Source: an uncultured delta proteobacterium
Lineage (GTDB): Bacteria; Desulfobacterota; Binatia; UBA9968
DNA: 64,000 nucleotides
Assembly (NCBI GenBank): GCA_963745035.1
Contig: CAVUVW010000013.1
Coordinates: 1-64,000, forward strand
Reading direction: 5' to 3'
The position numbers and the translations under genes are program-made. A model generated the notes under the pieces. The model searched no databases, had not been told where the DNA came from, and saw only the letters and a program-made list of their open reading frames with translations. Positions 20,997-32,059 of the stretch are shown here, one piece after another. The stretch's first letter is position 1. Every line of letters begins with the position of its first letter.

Positions 20997-22284
20997 GATG
21001 CTCCGTTCATTTGTACTCTGGTCTCGACTTCGGTCTTCACGTAATCTCTCCAGTTCTTATCGCCCGGCACGACTTCGCTGGTGGAGACGATCCGAAACTG
21101 GTTCATCTTCGGATCGCGCACGACGTTCTTCGGCTCCCGGCCCTCCTGTAGGTCGCGAATCGCCTTGATGCGCAGTTTGCGCGCGACCACGATCGGCATA
21201 TCGCTCGAGGCGAGATGCTCCTGGGTGCGGTCCTGGATATAGCCGGCTCCTTCAATCACGCACAGATCTTGCGCGCCGAAGTTGCGCGCGATGCCGCAAT
21301 ACCATTCCTTTTTCATCGACTCGCGATCCTGTTCATAGCGATTCGATTTGTTGCGCATCGACCTGAAGTCCGGCGTCATCTCGGTGCGCATCCTGCGGGT
21401 GCCTTCCTTATCGAGTGCTTGCTGCCGGTCAAAAACCCAGGTGAACTTCCAGTGGTGCCGATCATCGATCGGGCACATGCCAATTGATGCCGTAACTCCC
21501 CATCGGGCTGGGGAATGCGATAAAATTGGGTAGCACGAATTCATTGACCTGGAGATGATATTCGTCAGGACCACGGTCGCGCCGAATCCGAAAATTTCGC
21601 ACGCCATAGTCGGTCAGCTCCGCATCCATCATCTCGAGACCCGGGGCCGCACCGCGCTTGTTGAGAGGTTTCGTCAGGATCTCAGTGCCGTTCGGTTTCA
21701 TGTTGGAGAGGCCGCTGTTGTAGTAGGTGTAATGAAGAAAACTGAGATGAGGAATGTCGAAGCTGCCTTCGTTCATCTGCAAGTAATTCGCTTCGTGAAA
21801 AAACTTGTCCGCATAGGTCCGCTCTGCCGGCGCCATGAGAAATTCATAATTCGGAAACAGCGGCGGCTCCCCAGGTCCCATGTACGCGAATATCCCTCCC
21901 GCCTGCTCATGACACGGATAGGCCGTGTGCTGGATCTGCTCGCCGATGCTCTCCTCCCCCAGGCTCCCACGGCTGGTCCAAACATCTCCCCTGCTTATCG
22001 AACAGCCAACCATGATAAATGCACCGCAGTCCGCCCTCTTCCACTCGCCCATAACTCAAGTCCGCGCCCCGATGCGGACAATGGATCCCCAACAATCCCA
22101 GCTTTCCCTGTTCATCGCGGTACAAAACCAACTCTTCGCCCATGATCTTGACAGGTATCGGCGCGCCCCCTTCGGGCAGCTCTTCGGACAGCGCCACCGG
22201 CTGCCAGTAGCGCCGCATCAACTCCCCCATCGGCGTGCCGCGATCGGTCTGCGTCAGTAAATCATTCTCTTCTTGGGTCATCAT
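20993..22284 (-). CDS. Rieske oxygenase paralog 2, apparent frameshifts
   Basis: Same Rieske and Fe motifs across ORFs 21907-22284, 21462-22052 and 20993-21607. Confidence 0.9.
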
Positions 22285-22314
22285 GGAGGTAGTCTCCTTT
22301 CCGCTAGTCGGGCC

Positions 22315-23350
22315 TCACGTGTCGAGCGTTGTCTGATGAAAGACTTCTTCAGCGGAGAACTTCTTTCTGATCAACCCCTGGCTTAAACAACCTTGCACCG
22401 CGATGTCGAGCATCTTGCGATTGGCGCGGACGCCGAGCTGGTACGGGTCTTCGCCGAAAATAGCCGCCTGCTGTTCGACATCGCTGCTGCCAAATAATAG
22501 CACCGTCGAGGCTAACTCGCGGGCACGCTCGTAGGCCACCTCTTTTGCGCGCTGAAATGCCTTGTAGAGCTCCAGCGCTACCCAGGGGTGTTCCCGCAGC
22601 AGACTTTCTTTGACAACGATGATGTGATTCGGCGGTATGACTCCGGTCCTGCGGAAATATTCCGTAACCACAGCGCGGCCGCGATCCTTGAACAGATTTA
22701 AAAATTTCGGATTGCCGGCCACCGGCACGCCGCCGTAACGGTCGATGGTCTCGAAATCTCCTATGCGCTGGAATGACGAAGGAATGAGCAGCGCCGCATC
22801 GAGCTCGTTGACGGTCGAGCATGAGATCCAAGGTATCGGTTTCCGCTATCCATTCGAGCTTGACCCCGGCGGGCGGATTTTTGTCCAGTCCCAGAACCGC
22901 CCCGTGGCTGACGCGCTTGGCGCGGCCGTTGTACCAGGCGATATCTTTCGCATCGATGCCATGGAGTTCTTTGAGCATGATGCAAAGCCATAAAATGGCG
23001 TCCATGGGGTAATCCGGCGCACCGATGCGTTTGCCTTTCAAGTCAGCCAGCGACTGGATCGCTGCCGCCGTATTGGCGTAAAGATTGATGAACAAAAAAC
23101 TCTTGCTCAGAAACACCGGGAGCGCCCGCCAGGCCCAGCGCGCGCCGTCGCTGCGTTCCATCGCCATCAGCGCGCACGCTATCGACATTTCCATAACATC
23201 GAACTCTTCGAACTTGAGATTTCGATAGAAGAGTTCCGATGCCGGGCTCACGACGAATTGGAGATCGATGTTGTGCGGCTTGACGGTTCCATCCATCAAC
23301 GGACGAACCCGGAGATTGCTCGAAAAACCGGCGGTCAATTGCAGGGCCAT
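22315..23350 (-). CDS. 4,5-dihydroxyphthalate decarboxylase-like protein, paralog 2 (frameshifted)
   Basis: ELFYRNLKFEEFDVMEMS, DLKGKRIGAPDY, PPNHIIVVK..HPWVALELYKAF, C-terminus TTLDT. Confidence 0.8.
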
Positions 23351-23362
23351 GGTGGTAATTCC

Positions 23363-25672
23363 TTACCGCTGCTCCGGAGAATCAGAACGTGCCTGCAGGG
23401 CTTGCAGCAATTTTTCAGTCTTGATCGGCACTTCGGTAATACGAACTCCCGTGGCGTTGTAGACGGCATTGCAGATCGCCGGAGCGACTGCGAGGATGCC
23501 GCCTTCGCCCATGCCCTTGGCGCCGTAGGGTCCGCGCCCGCCGCCCTCCTCCAATATGATGGTTTTGAACAGCGCCGGGAGATCTCTAAATCGCGGCAGC
23601 CGATAGTCGACCAAATTGGGATTCATCAGCCGGCCATTTTCATAAACCATGTCTTCAAAGAGCGCTTGCCCTAAACCAAAAATCGCCGCGCCTTCATCTT
23701 GGCCGCGGCACTGCACCGGGTGGATTATTTTTCCGGCATCGGTAAGCGAAATGTATTGGATCACCCTCACCGCTCCGGTGTTCTCGTCGACTTCGACCTC
23801 GGCAGCGCCGAAGCCGATTTCCCAAAAAGGCGTCGGCGAGCCGAGCGGCACGTTCGCGTCGGTGGGAAGTTGAAAAAAGCCGCGGCCGACAATTTCACCG
23901 CCGCTCTCGCCAAAACAGAGGCGCATGGCATCGCTGAGCTCCAGGCGTTGCTCGCGACATAAAATCGCGCCGTTCGCGAACTTCACCTCGGCGCGAGGCG
24001 CGCCCAAACGCGCCGCCGTGGATTGGAGCAGTTGCTCGCGCGCGTCGATGGCCGCGCTGAGCACCGCCGATCCCATCAGCGCCGTCGCGCTGCTCGCGTT
24101 GGTCGCCGTATCGAACGGAGTGTAGCGCGTATCGATCTCATCGACTCGAACCCTATCGGCTGTTATCGAGAATTCTTCGGCGACGATTTGCTGCATGACC
24201 GTCTGAACGCCTTGGCCGATTTCCACCGACCCGGAAATCACCGCGATGCTTCCGTCATTCAGTATTTTGACGTTTGCGTGGGCGGCTTTTTTGGTTCCGC
24301 CGCCATCCTTGAGCGCACAGGCAAGTCCTTTGCCGCGTTTGACACCGCTTGGGGTATGCGCTTGATCCTGTTTTCCCCATCCGATCGCGTCGGCAACTTG
24401 GGCCAGTGCGCCTTTGAGATCGCAGTCGGTCGGCGTGTCGCCCGCCGCGAAATCTTCGCCCTTGGTCAAAAGATTCTTCCTTCTGAGCTCGAGCGGGTCG
24501 AGCTTCATGCGTTGCGCGATCATGTCCACGTGGGACTCGTAAGAGAAGGCCACTTGCGGCCCGCCGAAGCCGCGAAAAGATCCGGTCGGCACGGTGTTCG
24601 TGTAGACCGCATAGGCATCGGTCAAAACATAGGGAAGGCGGTAAGGCCCGTGTCCCCGATAGCCGGCCTTCTCCGCCACGGACGGCGTGCTATTCACATA
24701 CGCCCCGGCATTGAGAAATAGTTCGCAGCGTCGCGCGATGAACGTGCCGTCTTTTTTGACCCCTGACTTCATGGTGATTTTTGCGCGCGGCTGGCAGATC
24801 GTCTTGAAATTTTCCTCGGCGCTGAAATTGACCCGCACCGGTCGCCGCGCCAATCGGGACAACGCCACCCCGATGATCGACGGCACCAGTCCCTTGGCCC
24901 CGCCGTATCCGCCGCCGACATAGGGGACGAGGACGCGAATATCGCTCAACGGCAGACCAAAGACTCGCGCGACTTCCTGGCGCAGCCCGAAAGGACCTTG
25001 AGTCGATGCCCAGATCGTCACGCCGTCTTTATCAAAATTGGCGACGCTGACGTTGCTCTCCATCGGATAGTGGTGCGCGCTGGGAAAATAGAAGGTATCT
25101 TCGAAAATGAAATCGGCGGCTTTGAAGCCCTCCTCGATGTCGCCGCGCTCATAGCGGAAATGATGACAGATGTTAGTCCGGTCATGCAGAATATAGGAAG
25201 CGCCGCGGCCGTACTGCGGCGGTCGCGCCCGCCGGACGGTTTCATGAATCAACGGGGCTTTTTCCGCAAGCGCTTCTTCGACCGTCGTGACCGCCGGCAA
25301 CTCTTCATACTCGACTTCGATGAGGTCAAGCGCTTTTTCGGCGATGCTCTCGTCGGTCGCGGCGACGGCGGCGACAATATCGCCGGCATAACGGACTTTA
25401 TCGAACGCGACCAAACATTGATCCTTGATCATGGCGCCAATGTAAGGCGTCGCCACCTGACAATTCTCGCGGGTGAGAACCGCCAGCACCCCAGGCATTT
25501 GCTCAGCCTTGCCGCCATCGATCCTAACCACGCGCGCATGGGCATGCGGGCTGCGAAGGACTTTCCCGTGAATCATGCCGGGGATACTGAGATCGCCCGT
25601 GTAGGCGGCTTTGCCGGTAACTTTCCCGTAGCCATCCACGCGTTCGATGTTTTTGCCAACGGCCACCGACAT
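23363..25672 (-). CDS. Xanthine dehydrogenase/aldehyde oxidoreductase family molybdopterin-binding subunit
   Basis: KVTGKAAY, RSPHAHA, GGGYGG, SFRGFGGPQ, EIGQG, GAKGMGE. Confidence 0.94.
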   Translation of the reverse strand: MSVAVGKNIERVDGYGKVTGKAAYTGDLSIPGMIHGKVLRSPHAHARVVRIDGGKAEQMPGVLAVLTRENCQVATPYIGAMIKDQCLVAFDKVRYAGDIVAAVAATDESIAEKALDLIEVEYEELPAVTTVEEALAEKAPLIHETVRRARPPQYGRGASYILHDRTNICHHFRYERGDIEEGFKAADFIFEDTFYFPSAHHYPMESNVSVANFDKDGVTIWASTQGPFGLRQEVARVFGLPLSDIRVLVPYVGGGYGGAKGLVPSIIGVALSRLARRPVRVNFSAEENFKTICQPRAKITMKSGVKKDGTFIARRCELFLNAGAYVNSTPSVAEKAGYRGHGPYRLPYVLTDAYAVYTNTVPTGSFRGFGGPQVAFSYESHVDMIAQRMKLDPLELRRKNLLTKGEDFAAGDTPTDCDLKGALAQVADAIGWGKQDQAHTPSGVKRGKGLACALKDGGGTKKAAHANVKILNDGSIAVISGSVEIGQGVQTVMQQIVAEEFSITADRVRVDEIDTRYTPFDTATNASSATALMGSAVLSAAIDAREQLLQSTAARLGAPRAEVKFANGAILCREQRLELSDAMRLCFGESGGEIVGRGFFQLPTDANVPLGSPTPFWEIGFGAAEVEVDENTGAVRVIQYISLTDAGKIIHPVQCRGQDEGAAIFGLGQALFEDMVYENGRLMNPNLVDYRLPRFRDLPALFKTIILEEGGGRGPYGAKGMGEGGILAVAPAICNAVYNATGVRITEVPIKTEKLLQALQARSDSPEQR

Positions 25673-25699
25673 ACTCTTCTCCTGATCTGAGAGCACGAG

Positions 25700-26188
25700 T
25701 TAACTGCCCGCGCTCTTCATTTCTTTTGCCGCATGCAAGATCGACTCGACGATCATCTGATAGCCGGTGCAGCGGCAGATGTTCGCATCCATATAAGCGC
25801 AAATTTGTTCCCGAGTCGGATCCGGGTTCTCCGCGAGCAAGCTCTTTGCCAGCAAGATCATTCCGGGAGTACAAAAACCGCACTGGAAACCCCCGCACTG
25901 GATGAAGGCCTTTTGCAGCGGATGCAAGCCCTCCGGACCTTCCAAACCTTCGATCGTCGTCAAGTCTTTGCCGTCGAGCTCAAAAGCGAACAGCGAACAG
26001 GAGCTCACGGCTTTCCCATCCAATAACACCGTGCACGTGCCGCAGACCTCCATGTCGCAGGATCTTTTTGTCCCGGTCAATGCCAATAGCTCGCGCACAA
26101 AATCGATCAGCAATTCTTGCGGCCGCACCTCTATTTCATTTTGCCGGCCATTGACGCGAAACTTTATGGGAACGAGACCTTCACTCAT
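25700..26188 (-). CDS. (2Fe-2S)-binding small subunit (CoxS-like)
   Basis: [25 protein letters not shown]. Confidence 0.95.
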   Translation of the reverse strand: MSEGLVPIKFRVNGRQNEIEVRPQELLIDFVRELLALTGTKRSCDMEVCGTCTVLLDGKAVSSCSLFAFELDGKDLTTIEGLEGPEGLHPLQKAFIQCGGFQCGFCTPGMILLAKSLLAENPDPTREQICAYMDANICRCTGYQMIVESILHAAKEMKSAGS

Positions 26189-27056
26189 CGTTCTCTCTCC
26201 CCGGACACTGACGCCGCAATCCTTCCCTAACCAGATTCTTCACGATCTGCCTTTTGTATTCCGCCGAGCCCCAGATATCGGCCAGAGGGTCGCAACCTCG
26301 CGCCGCGAGCGCTCCGAATTCATCGGCCTTGCCGGCGAGTTCCTCAGCGGATCTTCCGCGCGTCGCTTCCTCGAACTCCGTGACTCGCAGGGGTTTCGGG
26401 CCGACGCAGCCCAATCCCAAACGTGCTTCCGCGCAAGTCCCGCCGGTCCAACGAGTCAGTAGGGCTACCGTCACCATCGGCCACTCACCCGGACAGAACC
26501 TCAAATAATCGCCGCGAAAGTTGTCCGCCAGCTTAGGGATCTCAATATCGGTGAGCAGTTCGTCTTTTTTGAGAGCGGTTTCGTAATAATCCGTAAAAAA
26601 ATCTTTGATCGCGACGCGCCGCTCACCTTCGGAGTTGCCCAGAGTGACGACTGCGTCATAGGCCGCGAGCAATGCGCCGGGATCGGCGTGCGGCTCGGCG
26701 AAACACAGATTGCCGGCCAAAGTACCGACGTTTCGAATGCGCACATTGGCAAGGTCGCGCTCCATCTCGGCCAGCAAAGGGAAGTGCTGCTCGATGAGCT
26801 GCGACTTTTCCAAAGCCCGATGCGTGACCAGCGGTCCGACATGGAGCGTATTGCTCTGCGAGTTGAACTCCAACCGATCCAACCCGGGGATTTTCTTGAT
26901 ATCGACGATATGATTCGCTTTGATCAATCCCATTTTTAGCAGGAGGAGAAGCTCGCTGCCTCCCGCTAAAACGTTGATGTCACCGGCATGTTCCGACAAA
27001 AGCTTTAGCGCGTCCGGTAAAGAGCGCGGTTGGTGCAGTACAAACGGAGACAACAT
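26181..27056 (-). CDS. FAD-binding medium subunit (CoxM-like)
   Basis: LAGGSEL, IRNVGTLAGNLC.AEPHAD, DIWGSAEYK. Confidence 0.93.
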   Translation of the reverse strand: MLSPFVLHQPRSLPDALKLLSEHAGDINVLAGGSELLLLLKMGLIKANHIVDIKKIPGLDRLEFNSQSNTLHVGPLVTHRALEKSQLIEQHFPLLAEMERDLANVRIRNVGTLAGNLCFAEPHADPGALLAAYDAVVTLGNSEGERRVAIKDFFTDYYETALKKDELLTDIEIPKLADNFRGDYLRFCPGEWPMVTVALLTRWTGGTCAEARLGLGCVGPKPLRVTEFEEATRGRSAEELAGKADEFGALAARGCDPLADIWGSAEYKRQIVKNLVREGLRRQCPGRENDE

Positions 27057-27108
27057 CGGCGAGTTTCCTCGAGCTTACGATTTGAAACGGTATGCCGAAC
27101 AACTCCGT

Positions 27109-27137
27109 TTACTATCCACGTTGCCATTATCTGTCAA
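27109..27137 (-). promoter_or_regulatory. Candidate sigma70 promoter for the leftward catabolic operon
   Basis: Minus-strand TTGACA-N17-TAGTAA in the AT-rich divergent spacer between the CoxM-like gene and the LysR gene. Confidence 0.55.
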
Positions 27138-27168
27138 ACGCAATATGTTGATATTAGTATTCGATTCT

Positions 27169-28131
27169 ATGATATCTCTTTCCACCGACCATTTGCGTGC
27201 GTTTCTTGCCGTATATGAGGAAAACGGTTTCAGTAATGCCGCCGAAAAGCTGCACTTGTCCCAATCGGCGGTGAGCACTCAGGTACGGCTGTTGGAAGAG
27301 CGAATCGGATTGACGCTTTTTGATCGGTCCAAGCGGCCGCCAAAGTTGACCGACGTCGGCCGCACTATTCTCGATTTTAGCCGGCAGCTGGTCAACACGA
27401 CGGGAGACCTGGAGCGTTATCTCCAGGAGTTCTCGTCAGGAATTTCTGGAGAAGTAAGAATCGGCACGATAAGCGCGATCGGCACCCGGCTCTTGATACC
27501 GATCATTTGTAAGCTCTTGCAAAGCTCACCCAAGCTCAAGATCTCGACTTTGACGCAATCCCGCTCGCTCCTTTATGAAGCCGTGCGCCAGTCCGGCGTC
27601 GATTTTGCGATCGTACTATCGGACCGAAAGCCGGAACATCTTAAAGTCAAAGTGTTAAGAAGCGAACGGCTCTGCTTCGCCGTATCGCCGAAGAGTTCTT
27701 TGCGAACGAAGAGCGAGATTACGATCAAGGATCTCAAAACCGCGCCCTTCGTCATATCGCTCCCCGGCCGCGAATACACCAGAATGGTTGAAAGACTGCT
27801 CGAAGCAGCTGGGTTGAAAGAGATCAATGTGGTGATGCGCGTCAGTAACTGGGAGAGCATTCAAGAAGCGGTGCGCAGCGGAATTGGCATTGCCGTCCTG
27901 CCCGATTTTGTCATCGAGCGCGACCGTAAACAGCGGATCATAAGCGAACTAAATGTTAAGGGTGTCAATCTTCGAGCAGACATCATGCTTTTGGAGCATC
28001 CCTATCGTCATTTCGTCAGCCCGAACGTAGCATTCGTAAAAAATGCCTTGCTCTCTGGCTCTAAGTGTATGACTGCCTACTTTTCCGGATGGCTCAGTGA
28101 TTCCCTATACCTCCTGACTCCAAGCGCCTAA
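27169..28131 (+). CDS. LysR-family transcriptional regulator
   Basis: HTH LRAFLAVYEENGFSNAAEKLHLSQSAVSTQVRLLEERIGLTLFDR. Divergent from the Mo-enzyme operon. Confidence 0.95.
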   Translation: MISLSTDHLRAFLAVYEENGFSNAAEKLHLSQSAVSTQVRLLEERIGLTLFDRSKRPPKLTDVGRTILDFSRQLVNTTGDLERYLQEFSSGISGEVRIGTISAIGTRLLIPIICKLLQSSPKLKISTLTQSRSLLYEAVRQSGVDFAIVLSDRKPEHLKVKVLRSERLCFAVSPKSSLRTKSEITIKDLKTAPFVISLPGREYTRMVERLLEAAGLKEINVVMRVSNWESIQEAVRSGIGIAVLPDFVIERDRKQRIISELNVKGVNLRADIMLLEHPYRHFVSPNVAFVKNALLSGSKCMTAYFSGWLSDSLYLLTPSA

Positions 28132-29374
28132 CGTGATCTTTCCAATTCGTTGAGCTCGAAAGTGTCTGGCTGGCCGACACGATCCTGAATCGATTCATCT
28201 TCGCATCCCGCACCACGTTCTTCGGCTCCCTGCCCTCCTGCAAGTCCCGAATCGCTTTGATGCGCAGCTTGCGCGCGACCACGATGGGCATGTCGCTCGA
28301 CGCAAGATGCTCCTGAGTGCGGTCCTGGATATAGCCGGCGCCTTCGATCACACACAAATCCTGCGCGCCGAAATTGCGCGCGATGCCGCAAAACCATTCT
28401 TTTTTCATCGACTCGCGATCCTGCCCATAGCGATTCGATTTGTTGCGCGTGGAGTGAAAATCCGAAGTCATTCCGGTGCGTTGCGCTTGAACCATTTCCT
28501 TTCCCAGGGGTTTCACGCGAGAAAATATGAAGGTGTACTTCCAGTGGTGCCGGTCATCGATCGGCACATGCCAGTTGATGCCGTAGGTTCCCAAGCCGCC
28601 GGGAAACGCGATCAGATTGGGCAGCACGAATTCGTTGACCTGCAGATGATATTCGTCAGGACCGACGGTCGCGCCGGATGCGAATGTTCCGCAAACCATA
28701 TTCCGTCACTTCGACATCTATCGTCTCGCGACCTGGCGCTGCACCGCGGCGGTTGAGCTCTTCGCTCAACGTTTCACTGCCATTCGGTCTTCGACCGGTG
28801 ATGCCTTGATTGTAGTAGGTGTAATGAAGAAAACTGAGATGAGGAATGTCGAAGCTGCCTTCGTTCATCTGCAAGTAATTCGCCTCGTGAAATAATTTGT
28901 CCGCATAGGTCCGCTCTGCCGGCGCCATGAGAAATTCATAATTCGGAAACAGCGGCGGTTCTCCCGGCCCCATATACGCGAATATTCCTCCCGCCTGCTC
29001 ATGGCATGGATAGGCCGTGTGCGAATCTGGTCACGATGCTCTCCTCCGCCGGGCTCCCACGGCTGATCCAAACATTTCCCCTGCTTATCGAATAGCCAAC
29101 CATGATAAATGCACCGCAGTCCGCCCTCTTCCACTCGCCCATAACTCAAGTCCGCGCCCCGATGCGGACAATGGATCCCCAACAATCCCAGCTTCCCCTG
29201 CTCATCGCGGTACAAAACCAACTCTTCGCCCATGATCTTTACCGGTATCGGCGCGCCCCCTTCGGGCAGCTCTTCGGACAGCGCCACCGGCTGCCAGTAG
29301 CGCCGCATCAACTCCCCCATCGGCGTGCCGCGATCGGTCTGCGTCAGTAAATCATTCTCTTCTTGGGTCATCAT
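28094..29374 (-). CDS. Rieske oxygenase paralog 3, apparent frameshifts
   Basis: Same motifs across ORFs 28865-29374, 28656-28973 and 28094-28699. Confidence 0.9.
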
Positions 29375-29612
29375 GGAAGTTATCTCCGTGATCTATAGAC
29401 CATCCGAAAGCTCAGAGAGATTTCTCAAACTTTTGGTTTTCCTAACATCGCATGTCGAAGACTGTCAAATGCTTACCGATTTTAAGCGCAAATTCGCGAT
29501 TCTCTCGGCTAGACAAGATCTAGACTTGGCTCAATCGACAAATCAACGCAAGTGATGATATACGGATTTACAACAGTTCGTGAGCTCAAGTTTTTCTTTC
29601 AACGAGGGTGTA

Positions 29613-30624
29613 ATGAAGTACCAAGCGGTCTCCTTGCCAAAGCAACAAAAGCGAAATGCTGCAAAACTCTTGCTGTTAGGGCATCGGCTGCTGGTTTGCC
29701 TTGACGACAAATGCGTCGGCGCAAATGCAGAAAATTCGCATCGGCTATCCATCGTTCGCACCGGGTTTTGTCGTCGGTTGGATCGCTATGGAGTCGGGCA
29801 TTCTCAAGCAGCACGGCTTGGATGCCGAAATCATATACTTGAGAGGCGGACAGCAGCTCGTTCCGGCGCTGATGAGCCAGTCTGTGGACATCGCTCTCGG
29901 TTCGGATACCGGTATCTATAGCGCGCTACTCGAAGGCGCCGATCTCGTAAAAATCGGCACTACACTCAATTCCCTCGCCTTCGCTTTTGCGGTTCGGCCG
30001 GAGATAAAAAACGCCGCAGCACTGAAGGGCGCGATTATGGGCTCGAGTCGCGGCCGCGATCTCGCTTATGCCTCTCTGATTCGAGCGATCACCTCGTTGG
30101 GACTTTCACCGGAGAAAGACGTCAAAATCATTCCCGTGGGCGCGGGTGACCAAGAACGCATCCAAGCGACGGTCGGCGGCGCGACGGCAGCGCACGGTTC
30201 TTTTTCCGCCGTGGGAAGTTCAGGCCGAGACGAGTGGGTCTTAAAGTTCTCACGTCGATCGCGGATCCCCAGCTTGAACGGCGGAGTCAATACGACTAAA
30301 GCGATGTTATCGACGAAACGGCCGGTCGTAAAAATGTTTCTCAGAGCGTACCGGGAGGCCGCCCGCTACGCCCAGACAAACAGAGAGAAATCCGTCCTCG
30401 TTTTGCAAAAATATCTCAAGATGCCCGACCGCAGTCTCGCCGAGCACATGTACGAGGTGACCATGCCGCACCTCGAGCTCAGCCTGCATCCGACGGCGGA
30501 AGCGATTCAGTCCTCGCTCGATATTGTCGCCTATGCCAGTCCCAAGGCGAAAGAAGCCAAAACCACCGACTTTTGGGATACCAGCCTATTGAAGGAGTTG
30601 GACTCCGAAAAAACGTCTCGATAA
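29613..30624 (+). CDS. ABC substrate-binding protein, NMT1/SsuA/TauA-like (probable indels)
   Basis: KIRIGYPS, GILKQHGLDAEIIYLRGG, GLSPEKDVKII, FLRAYREA. Likely ATG at 29613 after GAGGG, with a frameshift in the signal peptide. Confidence 0.8.
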
Positions 30625-30651
30625 GTTATTCAATTCATCAAAGGAGAAGTA

Positions 30652-31608
30652 ATGGAACTAAAATTTCCGCTCATGCGCTACGACATCGTCCAACCGCTGT
30701 TGGACGGCAGAGTCACCGTGGAAGGAGTGACTCTTAAGCCCTTCAAGACCTCATCGATGGTTTTTACCGATGTGCCGCAACTACGAACCGGCGACTTCGA
30801 CCTTTGGGAGCTCAACTGGGGATACTTTCTGCCGGCGCTCGAGGCGGGATGGAAATTTATCGGCCTTCCGGTATTTCCCAAGCGAAAACCCGCTTATCAA
30901 TATATCTTCTGCAGAACCGATGCCGGGATCAACTCGCCAAAGGATCTCGAAGGGAAAAGAGTCGCAACCGGTCAGTACCGGATCGTCGTCGACATCTGGA
31001 TCCGGGGATTGTTGAAACACCAACACGGCGTCGATCCGTCCAAGCTAAAATGGCTTTCCCTGCGCGACGACATTTTCCCGATTCATGACGACAAAGTTCA
31101 GATCGAGATCGCCAAGGGCGATAAGAATCCTGTCGATCGGCTCACCGACGGCGAGGTCGACGCCATCATCACGGATATTTCCGACGTCAAACTTTTTCAT
31201 ACCCTCGAAAATAGCCCGAAGGTGAAACGGCTCTTTCCCGATTATGTGGAACGGGATCGCAATGTCTTTCGGGAAACCGGGATTTACGCGCCCATGCATC
31301 TGATCGTCATGAGCGAAGCTCTCGACCGGAAATATCCCGATCTTGCCGGAAAAATCTACGCCGCCTTCGAGCAAGCGAAGAAAGTCGCTTATGACGACAT
31401 CTTGAGCGACATGGCGGGGTTCACCTTGGTCAACCTGCGGGAGAAGATGCAAGAACAGATGAAGACCTGGGGCGATCCATTCAAATACGGGATGCGCGCC
31501 AACAAAGAGACCATCGACAGGTTCAATCAATACAACCTCGAGCAAGGCTTGGTGCGCACGGTGGTCCCTTTGGAAAAGCAGTTCGCGGCGAGTACCTTAG
31601 ACACCTAA
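30652..31608 (+). CDS. 4,5-dihydroxyphthalate decarboxylase-like protein, paralog 3
   Basis: YDIVQPLLDGRVTVEG, LPVFP, DLEGKRV, PMHLIV, DPFKYG, C-terminus STLDT. AGGAG RBS. Confidence 0.82.
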   Translation: MELKFPLMRYDIVQPLLDGRVTVEGVTLKPFKTSSMVFTDVPQLRTGDFDLWELNWGYFLPALEAGWKFIGLPVFPKRKPAYQYIFCRTDAGINSPKDLEGKRVATGQYRIVVDIWIRGLLKHQHGVDPSKLKWLSLRDDIFPIHDDKVQIEIAKGDKNPVDRLTDGEVDAIITDISDVKLFHTLENSPKVKRLFPDYVERDRNVFRETGIYAPMHLIVMSEALDRKYPDLAGKIYAAFEQAKKVAYDDILSDMAGFTLVNLREKMQEQMKTWGDPFKYGMRANKETIDRFNQYNLEQGLVRTVVPLEKQFAASTLDT

Positions 31609-31638
31609 GCGGCGCCGTCGGCGCGGAGGAAGGCTTTT

Positions 31639-32059
31639 ATGTCGCAAAAATCATCGGTGGGAATCAAAATTCTGGAAATCGATCACATCGTCATCAGATG
31701 CAAGGACGTCGAGCGGCAGTTGAAATTTTACGTCGACGTTCTCGGCCTGGAGCCCTACCGGATCGAGGAGTTCCGCGCCGGCAAAGTGTTCTTTCCCAGT
31801 GTCCGAGTTCATGACGGCATGATCATCGATCTGTTTCCACGGCCCAATGAAGAACCCGTCGGCGACGGCCCGCGCAACTTGGATCATTATTGCTTGACGA
31901 TTGCGCCCACGGATTTGAGCAAAGTAGCGGCCAGCCTTCAAGAACAGGGCGTAACTGTCGAAGGAGAAGCGAAAAAGCGCGTCCGGCGCGCGAGGCGATG
32001 GTTATTCGATTTACGTCAGAGATTTCGAAGGGAATCGAGTCGAGCTGCGATACTATTAA
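31639..32059 (+). CDS. VOC/glyoxalase family protein (frameshift near the C-terminus)
   Basis: IDHIVI..FYVDVLGL, NLDHYCL. The alternative frame gives GARGDGYSIYVRDFEGNRVELRYY-stop. Confidence 0.85.

Noticed and set aside
26920-27168. N-terminal extension of LysR in the ORF track
   Set aside because: It overlaps the divergent FAD-subunit gene and promoter. The HTH begins just after ATG 27169.
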